From: Octopus vulgaris
Lineage: Eukaryota
Length of the DNA: 64,000 nt
Direction: 5' to 3'
Assembly (NCBI GenBank): GCA_951406725.2
Contig: OX597818.1
Location: 67,766,001-67,830,000 of the forward strand
Part shown: piece by piece, positions 55,546 through 64,000 of the stretch
Position numbering within the stretch: position 1 is the stretch's first letter
How the letters are laid out: each line of letters opens with the position of its first letter
Notes under the pieces: model-generated
The model's input: the letters and a program-made list of their open reading frames with translations, nothing else
What the model was told of the DNA's origin: nothing
Databases searched by the model: none
Translations under genes and position numbers: made by a program

Positions 55546-55756
55546 GTATATATACATGTGTGTGTGTGTGTCTATACTGTTGTGTTTGTATGTATCTCTG
55601 TTGTACAATTATAGACAATTTTTGGAATGAAGCACATTTTCCTGCTGAACTATGAAAACCAATAGACATTGGAAATCGTGCCAAGTCAAGTGGATAATAA
55701 ACAAACATAATCACACTCACACACACATGCATTTTCTATACACATCCTTACCCACT

Positions 55757-55852
<96 letters not shown>

Positions 55853-56500
55853 TACACAAACACTAGACTAAGCAAGGCTGACACAATCATTTTTCAGCCT
55901 CATTTGCACTTCCATTCAGAGATGTATACAGATGCACAACTCTGATAATTCTAATGAAAAGTTATTTCCAGATAAGTGTCGTTGCCAAGTTACCCCCTCC
56001 CCCTCGCTGCCACTCACTCCCCCTCCAACCACTTCACCTTAACAAACAAACAAAAAAGAAGCAGTTTCGCTGAAATGTCATAATAACGTTTAATCTAACA
56101 AGAGCCAATTAAATAGTTAAGCTTGACCTAAGCACTGTATGCCAACTGTGATATTGTTTCGAACAATCGCATACATGAGTATATTTTATTTCAGTAAATA
56201 TAAGCGGTCACACCAAGCTACTATTTATCTTCAGCCTTTAGCATTAAACAGCTGGCAGAAGAGTATTTTTTCGGGATGAGCTGGATGTACGGTTGGTCTG
56301 CAGCCAATCAGTTTAAGTGCTATCATTATCATGTTTGTTATTATCGTAATCTTCCTTATTAAAATGGTTATTAGTATTATCCTTTCCATTATCATTATCC
56401 CAGTCTTTTTTTTCAGAATCTTTGGCTGTTAAAATCGGTTGACAATCGGATAAACTATATTGCGATACTATCTACTGGCGGTGTAGGTTCGATTCAACGG

Positions 56501-56916
56501 TTACTCTTTTACTCTTTTACTCTTTTACTTGTTTCAGTCATTTGACTGCGGCCATGCTGGAGCACCGCCTTTAGTCGAGCAAATCGACCCCGGGACTTAT
56601 TCTTTGTAAGCCCAGTACTTATTCTATCGGTCTCTTTTGCCGAACCGCTAAGTGACGGGGACGTAAACACTCCAGCATCGGTTGTCAAGCAATGCTAGGG
56701 GAACAAACACAGACACACAAACACACACACACATATATATATATACATATATACGACAGGCTTCTTTCAGTTTCCGTCTACCAAATCCACTCACAAGGCA
56801 TAGGTCGGCCCGGGGCTATAGCAGAAGACACTTGCCCAAGATGCCACGCAGTGGGACTGAACCCGGAACCATGTGGTTGGTTAGCAAGCTACTTACCACA
56901 CAGCCACTCCTGCGCC
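56501..56916 (-). mobile_element. Full-length family-1 SINE with (GTAAAAGA)n tail
   Basis: Near-identical reverse complement of 53101-53495. Confidence 0.92.
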
Positions 56917-57199
56917 TATAGGTTGATCAACAATTTTATTTTTACCCTTTGTAAGTGATAACAATATTTTGTTGCTTAAATTTTGGCGGCAGGTTTCTTA
57001 GAGTAGTTAAGAGTGTTGCTTCAGAGCCATATAATCGACTAGCACCCTATCTCACTAATTTCAGGCCTTGCGCCTGCGCAAAATAAACAATATTGTAATG
57101 CTGTAGATATTCGAAGATATTGTACTTACGGCGGTGGTAATGTATTGACCATGTATCACAACATAGTCCTTAGAAAGACATTACTTTACACAGCATGCG

Positions 57200-58130
57200 T
57201 GCAATTCAAAGTAAAGCCAATTTTCAAAATACACCAAGGTTACAGGGTATTTCTAAACTGTGCAGATGTTTCTTCAGGTTAGCTGTTATGAATGGGATGC
57301 TGCGATGACAACAGGAACAAAACAAAATATCTGCCTCTTACATCTGCCACATCTCGGTAATCTCAGTATCCAGGTCTCCATATTTGTCAACCTTTTCTCT
57401 TTCATTGAACTGAATATGGTGGTCTCCTGGCACTACCTAGTCAATTACTATGCACTCTTTTGCTTGTCCCACCGAAAGGCTACTATAGCTGGCATTCCTT
57501 GCTCTATCTGGAAGTTAAACTCTCTCAGAGTATCTTTGCTATCCCGTTTCCGTCCATTACATTTCCTCGTGTAAGTTGAAACCAAATCTCTGTTACCTCA
57601 TAACCAATCATCCAGCATAATAAGCAGTGAAACTTTCGGACAACCTTGTCGCTTTTGCACTTGTGCACTTTCTGTGCAATACGTTAACAAGCACTATAAC
57701 AATATGAGTCACGCTTACACATTCTGCAGACGTTTTGTTGCACTTACGTGGTATATAGCTCTATTTACTGATTTGGTATTCAAAACCCTCACCTGGGCAT
57801 TGATGATCAAGTTTCCATGTTCTTTTTCAGGTCACATTTGCTTAGCCGTATAGAATTCCATGGTTAGTTCGCAGTGGAACTAACCACGTAATTCCATGCT
57901 GAATTGTGTTTCTTCTCTCTCGTTGGCCATTCGTGATAGGAATTCATTAGCTTTTTCCAGTTCATTGTTGATGAATCCTTCTGCATTAGCATATTTGACA
58001 AATGCTCTGTCAAGTTCCTTCTTTCACTGTTGATGCACACGCGTACACTAATCAGGCCACGTCTATCCTCACTGATCTTCATGTACGGTCTATGTATGTT
58101 CACCTTAAAGTGGAGGGCAACATGCATTCT
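57200..58130 (-). mobile_element. Decayed R4/Dong-clade non-LTR element
   Basis: SEDRRGLISV, LSKCDLKK, LIINAQ, EKVDKYGDL.TEITEMWQ motifs on the minus strand. Confidence 0.75.
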
Positions 58131-58350
58131 TTTCTACTCAAAGCACAAGGCGTGAAATTTGGGAGTAGGGGATCAGTCGATTAGATTGACCCCAGTAGGC
58201 AACTGGTACTTAATTTATTCACTCCGAAAGGATATTTGCCTTTCCTCAATTCGGGTCGATAAATTCAGTACCAGTGAAACACTGGGGTCGAGGTAATCGA
58301 CAACCCCCCCCAAAAAAATTACTGGCCTTGTACCAAAATTTGAAATCATT
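58130..58350. mobile_element. Two fused family-2 SINE 3' halves in opposite orientation
   Basis: GACCCCAGT..CTGGTACT (minus copy) mirrored by AGTACCAG..ACTGGGGTC (plus copy). Confidence 0.7.
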
Positions 58351-58619
58351 AACGTTCTTGTTGCCATTGTTAAAGTCGTCCTTCCTTTTGTTCTCCTCCT
58401 CCGCCTCATTGTCGTCATCATCATCATCCTCATCATCATCATTATCAAGGTCAGGAGCAGGCAGATCAGTTAGCATAGCGACATTTCATCTCTTACACTG
58501 TATGTATGCATAAATGGCATATACTATTATAATATACGCATACACATGTATATACACATAAATACGAATATATAAATTAATATTTATACATACACACACA
58601 CACACACACACACACATAC

Positions 58620-58650
<31 letters not shown>

Positions 58651-58750
58651 TATACTGATGATTGAGGGCTTCGAATGTCCCGTCCGTGTTCTTTGGGTCG
58701 TCTTCTAAATGTTTCACGTTCTTGTCCCAGTTTGTATATCTTTTTGCTTT

Positions 58751-58817
<67 letters not shown>

Positions 58818-59022
58818 ATATAAAGGGGTTTGTATGATTGTGTATCGGGGGATATATATTATTCAAAGGAATTCTAACTCTGCTTTTTATATTTTAGTTA
58901 TATTCTTTATAATATTAGTGTAGAATATAGAATATATAGTATAAATAATATATATATAGTAAAATGAAATGAAGTATCGATTGTCTTATTGAATAAATGA
59001 AATATTGAATAGCAAATATTAA

Positions 59023-59066
59023 GGGACTAGTATACTTTCTTGCATTAAAGCAGTCTTCAAGGTCCC
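59023..59066 (-). ncRNA. Hammerhead ribozyme motif (variant 5' core) in a TA-terminated relic ~58810-59110
   Basis: gggac-cTTGAAGA-ctgc-tttaat-gcaa-GAAA-gtatac-TA-gtccc; 5-bp stem I, perfect palindromic stem III AGTATACT. Confidence 0.65.
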
Positions 59067-59112
59067 AGGTTGTGACAGGAGTGTTTCAACTATTTGAAAC
59101 AGTTTGAAAACT

Positions 59113-59348
59113 ACAGAGAGTGACAAGGCCGGCCCTTTGAAATAGATGTACAACAGAAACAGGAAGTAAGAGTGAGAGAAAGTTGTGGTGAAGGAGTACA
59201 GCAGGGATCACCACCATCCCCTGGCGGAGCCTCGTGAAGCTTTAGGTATTTTCGCTGAATAAACACTCACAACGCCCGGTCTGGGAATCGAAACCGCGAT
59301 CCTATGACAGCGAGTCCGCTGCCCTAACCACTGGGCCATTGCACCTCC
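59113..59348 (-). mobile_element. tRNA-derived SINE, family 3
   Basis: Head GGAGGTGCAATGGCCCAGTGGTTAGGGCAGCGGACTCG, B-box GGTTTCGATTCCC. Confidence 0.85.
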
Positions 59349-60314
59349 ACATGACGCGTAAATATGTGCATATATACATATACATACATACACACAACAT
59401 AAATGCGTGAGTGTTTGTGAGTGTATCATGTAGTGTGTATGAGTGTATGTGGATAGGTGTGTATGTATATGTTTGCGTTTAATTGTAGTATGTTGTGGAG
59501 CTGATATAATGGGAATGCTGTAGAAGGGGATGGCGGAACGCGCAGAGGCAACTTTACCAAGAAGTAAGATTACCAAGTTCAGAGGAGCAAATGTCATGAC
59601 ATGGCGTTAGATTAGTCATACAACGACTTTCTTATTTTAGATCTACCAAGTTAATGCCCGCATGACATTCACTGTAATATACTGAATAAAACTCATACCA
59701 GAAATCATTGATTTCAGTATTATAGAAAATCTTCTTATGACACATGCTACAACAATATCCGCGCTCATGAGACAGTTTCGTTTTACAATGTAGATCCAAA
59801 ATTACAATCATTTTAATTTCATGTTTCGGAACTATTTTCTAAGGAGTCATCATGCCAATATTATTAACACACGCATTGGTTAAAATCCACTCCTTTATTA
59901 TTAGTCGTTTGGTTAAATATCCAACGAACTAATCGAATGCTTGTTTCATTCGGTTTAACAGTATGTCATTTTCGGCTTTGTTTATCGAAGCTTTTTACAA
60001 ACCACATGCAAAAGCGAACTAATTTCTATATTTTGTTTAATTGTACTGTCCTTGTGCTAATGCCGTGAGGTGTTGGAGTTGTTGATTTAATGCCTGGCTC
60101 AACAAAGTAACATAACTTTTGGCAAAATCCTTTCTAGTACGACCATTCCTTGCGTTTATTTTACAGACATCTCATCTGGGTATACATTCTCTCATATCTC
60201 CCGCTAATTTACAGAAGCAAACCAGGGCAGATTAAGACCTTAAGGGAAATTTGATTAACATTTCTTGCAGATTATATGAAAAAAAAAGAACTTTTATTGA
60301 TTCGTGTGTGTGGC

Positions 60315-60522
60315 TACTACTTGAGAACAGTTGTCCCGGTGCGCGCACTCGCGTAGTCGCGCATCCGCACTAGCTAGTCGTGACTAGTCGATCCTACAAC
60401 GACTACTTAGCAAAGTAAATAAAACACAAAAACACAAAGTAAAGATTGACTAGTTATGACTAGCTAGCGTGGATGCGCGATTACGCGAGTGCGCGCACTG
60501 GGAGCACTGTTCTCAAGTAGTA
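60315..60522. mobile_element. CpG-rich MITE / fold-back with ~79-bp arms
   Basis: TACTACTTGAGAACAG... arms with 9 mismatches and a ~50-nt A-rich loop; TA at both ends. Confidence 0.8.
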
Positions 60523-60589
60523 CCGTGTGTGTGCGTGTGTGTGTGTGTGTGTGCATGTTTTTTTATTTATCGCTTCTATCTTTCACTTG

Positions 60590-60780
60590 TTTTATTCTTC
60601 AGCCTGCCCCTATGCTGGAGCAGCGCCGTGGAGAATTTTGTGTCGAATGTATCGACTCCAAAGTTGTTTTTCAATCCTGCTATTTATTCTGACGGACTTC
60701 TTTGCCGAATGGTTGAGTTCCAAGGACCACAACACACCAACACCGATTGTGAAGCGGTGGTGGGGGACAAACACAAACAC
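60590..60780 (-). mobile_element. 3' half of a family-1 SINE
   Basis: ATGCTGGAGCA.CGCC, CTTTGCCGAA, GGGGACAAACAC. Confidence 0.7.
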
Positions 60781-60855
60781 AGTCACATACACACACATAC
60801 ATACACACACACAGAAGCACACACATACAAACAAAGACACACACACACATATATA

Positions 60856-61642
60856 CGAGGTCTGATCAATAAGTATCTGGACTGTTGTCATAGTAACGAA
60901 GCTAAAGCACTGAGAACAAGGCTAGACACAGATTGACCGTAAACTTTGCTGTGCATGAGCACCAAGTCTTAAGATTCTTAAGGACATCGCAAAGTTTCAG
61001 AAAGTGTATAGAGAAGAGTGTACGAGCCGCACACAAGTGCACGTGGGGTGCAGACGTTTTCAAGATGACGGAAAAATTGCCTATATTGATGAACGTTCTA
61101 GGAGACTCACAACCAGCAAAACTGAGGAAAAACGTTGCACATCTGCGTGTAGTTCTGCGAGGAAATTGCCGAATAACCATCCGTGAGTTATCAGAGGATG
61201 TGCAGATTAGTTACGGTTCAGTTCAATCCATTATCACTGAAGATTTGCGTATGAGACGCGTGTCTGCCCAGTTTGTACCAAAACGGCTTTCAGTTGGCTA
61301 AAAAGACACTCAGCTTTCGGTTTCCCTTGATCTCTTTGATTGTGTCGGTAACATTGAAAAATTTAGAAAACTTTGTGTGGACTTCTGACCAGGTATCGAC
61401 AAGCTTTCGGCAAAATTAGATACAGCTGATCTACTCAACTTTCTCTGTCATGGTCAACGCCTAGATCGCATGCTACACTCCTTCCTTCCGAGTATTGTTG
61501 TAAACAATCCAATTAAGCAAGAATGTCAAAGTTTAATGAGTATAGACAGTAGAGTTCAAAGTCAATCTGTGCCTAGCAGCTTTACTCTTCATACTTCAGC
61601 TTTGTTACTATAGCCAGAGTGCGGATAGTTATTAACCAAACA

Positions 61643-61645
<3 letters not shown>
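60856..61645 (+). mobile_element. Internally deleted mariner with ~60-bp imperfect TIRs and TA TSD
   Basis: CGAGGTCTGATCAATAAGTATC...TAGTAACGAAGCT matches the reverse complement at 61585-61645; DERSRRLTTS, RITIRELSEDVQISYGSVQSIITEDL.MRRVSAQFVPKRL (HTH + WVP motif). Confidence 0.88.
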
Positions 61646-61690
<45 letters not shown>

Positions 61691-61704
61691 ATATAAATAT
61701 ATAC

Positions 61705-61885
61705 ACATTTGAAATTTGAAGAAAACAAAAGACAAGGACTGGTGTATAAACAACAAGCAGGTGTACTAGTTTGACGGTCGTGAACGTGAGTAAGTCTTTC
61801 ATGTTTCGGGCCTACGCTCTTCAACAGAAAGGAACACGATGAAATAAATAGAGAGAGTAAAAAACCTAATGTATTTAGCAGTTAC
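61705..61885 (-). mobile_element. HHR mini-element, CUGUNGA subfamily, decayed
   Basis: 61796-61831 (minus): cttt-CTGTTGA-a-gagc-gtag-gccc-GAAA-ca-TG-aaag; homologous to 42265-42447. Confidence 0.7.
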
Positions 61886-61913
61886 ACACACACAAGCACA
61901 CACAGACACACAG

Positions 61914-61972
<59 letters not shown>

Positions 61973-61987
61973 TAGATAGATAGATAG

Positions 61988-62029
<42 letters not shown>

Positions 62030-62031
<2 letters not shown>

Positions 62032-62195
62032 GTAAGTTTCCATCTACCAAATCCACTCAAATTGCATTAATCGACCCGAGGTCATAGCAGATAACTCAAG
62101 CTAAAGTTGTTGCGCGAAGGAGTAAGCGGAGGAACTGAACCCGGAACAATGAGGTTAGCAAGCAAGCTACTTATAACATAGCGACGCCTGCGCGT
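62030..62195 (-). mobile_element. 5' half of family-1 SINE
   Basis: TTTCCATCTACCAAATCCACTCA...ACTGAACCCGGAAC...GCAAGCTACTT. Confidence 0.8.
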
Positions 62196-62427
62196 CTATA
62201 TATACATGGAAAAATGCAAAATGCCATCTGAATGTGTTTCTGACTGCTTCCGAACATGATAGAGAAAATTATGTAGTTACTGAGAAAGATAGCACAGGTG
62301 ACAAATATGGGATTGCCTAATCGCTGTTTAGTAATCTTTCATAATTATCTTTATATTTGCTTCCAATTGGGTTCACCTTTAAATCCCAATACATTAATGC
62401 ACACACATACAAACACACATATATATA

Positions 62428-63260
62428 CACTGAACCGCAACAGAAATGCGGTGTTTTCAAATGTTTATATGGTAAATTCTTAAAAGTTATTTCGGGAATA
62501 CACGTGTAAATATTCGAAGACATCCTAGTTTATGGCTGAGAAACAAATTGCAGGTAACCTTTCATTTTTCCCTGAAACTAGAGGCCAAAATGCTATGTTG
62601 AATGCAGTGGGGGGCAGTCGCAAACAATTGTGTTGAAAATTGAAATATACGTGCAACTCCAGGAGTTTATGGATATAAAAATCAACTTCAGTAGCGTTCC
62701 TGGCATTTGTAAGTTGGACGCATCAGGTATGCCCGGATTGTCAGCAGTACAGAGAGAACAAGTTATCGGCCGATTGCAAGCAGAGCACTGTGGCATTCAC
62801 TGTAGCGAAAGCTTACGTCCATGTCAGCACCATCTATCGCCTGCAACAACGATACAAGAACACAAACAACACTGTAGACTGCTTTTGCAGAGAGCACCCA
62901 CGGTTGACCACGCGTAGGCTGGACTGCTTCATCCACCTGCAACACCTCCGTGATCACTTCAGACCGACCACGTGACAGCTCGCGAGACCATTGGCACTGG
63001 ACAACGACTCATCAGCGACGACACGGTACGACGTCGACTGACCCCCCAAGAACCTGCGTTGCCGTCATCCTGCTCGAGGGCCTGTGGCGACCGACCGTCT
63101 CCGTCAGGCACGACAACAGTGGGCTACGCAAAATCAACATTAGAGTCATCAGCAATGGAGGCCGATAGTCTTTCCTGACGAGAACAGGTAAAGTGTTTCC
63201 ACCTTGGATGGCAGATCGAGGAGTGAATGTCGATCAGACAAAGATGCTTCAGTCCACAGA
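62428..63260 (+). mobile_element. Tc1-like transposon, 5' portion, frameshifted transposase from ATG 62729
   Basis: TA-CACTGAAC TIR start; MPGLSAVQREQVIGRLQA, STIYRLQQRY, PRLTTRRLD..I.LQHLRD, ISDDTVRRRL, W..IVFPDE (first catalytic D). Confidence 0.85.
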
Positions 63261-63761
63261 CAAGCGATATCATCCCTACAATAAAGCCAGATATATCTCG
63301 GTGAACAGATGTGCAGAACAACTACAACCACAATCAATTTGTTATTTGGATCTGAACACAAGTAAGACCAACTAAAGGGGCCTCATTTATCCAAAATATG
63401 TGCTGGGATTAAACAGAAGTCCATAGCGAAATTTTAAGGATTTACCCTAACTATTGTAAAGATTGAATGTAGACCAGTATTAAAAATTACAAACTTACCT
63501 CCCCTATACTGTAAAATACCTCGGTTAGCAATTATCCCCCACTAGCAAACAAAATGTGTAAACCAGAATTTCATCCAAAGCTCAAAATTTGAAAAGCGAT
63601 AACGAACCCGGTTATAATGTTGGAAGAGAAAAGAATCATATTTTGTACAATATTTTATAATACTAAGTTTCAGACGATTTTTTAAATTTTGGAATTTATT
63701 GCGCTTATAAATTTTGGAATCTATTTTTTCGAAAATTCTATTTTTGTATCATTTTGGAATT

Positions 63762-64000
63762 TGGTCGCCCCGAGACTATAGTGAAAGACACTTAGCAAAG
63801 GTGCCGTGCATTGGGACTGTATATATGTATGTATCTATGTGCGTGTGTGTTTTCTGTCCGTGTTTGTCCCAAATCACCACGTGACGACCTGTGTCGGTGT
63901 GTTTACGTCCCCATGACCAGGCGGTTCGACAAAATAATCAAAGAACTAAGTACCTGAATTAAATAGTAAGTAGTAAATGCTGGGGTGAAACCGTTCGACT
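63762..64000. mobile_element. Family-1 SINE fragments (inverted 5' piece joined to a forward 3' half), runs off the window
   Basis: GACACTT..CAAGGTGCC-like (minus) followed by TGTTTGTCCC...GTGTTTACGTCCCC...GCGGTTCG (plus). Confidence 0.65.

Noticed and set aside
59270-59348. tRNA genes (also at 2851 and 53101)
   Set aside because: A and B boxes are present but continue into repeated SINE bodies; no complete cloverleaf.

Overview
AT-rich, repeat-saturated animal genomic DNA, very likely from an octopus (inferred from the tRNA-derived SINE families and the microsatellite load). I found no intact host gene; the window looks intronic or intergenic. It contains decayed LINEs (RTE, R4/Dong, Vingi), Tc1/mariner relics and MITEs, a non-autonomous Helitron, at least three SINE families and long microsatellites. 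It also holds a 5'-truncated Penelope-like element (RT + GIY-YIG, one nonsense codon) with an inverted pseudo-LTR. The most notable signal is about a dozen minimal type I hammerhead ribozyme (HHR) motifs, read by eye. They sit in (TA)n-associated Penelope-type ends, in fold-back mini-elements and in a dispersed ~200-bp non-coding family. The better-preserved cores lie almost all on the minus strand, while plus-strand copies are mutated. Coordinates of degenerate repeats are approximate, and family names come from motif recognition, not database searches.
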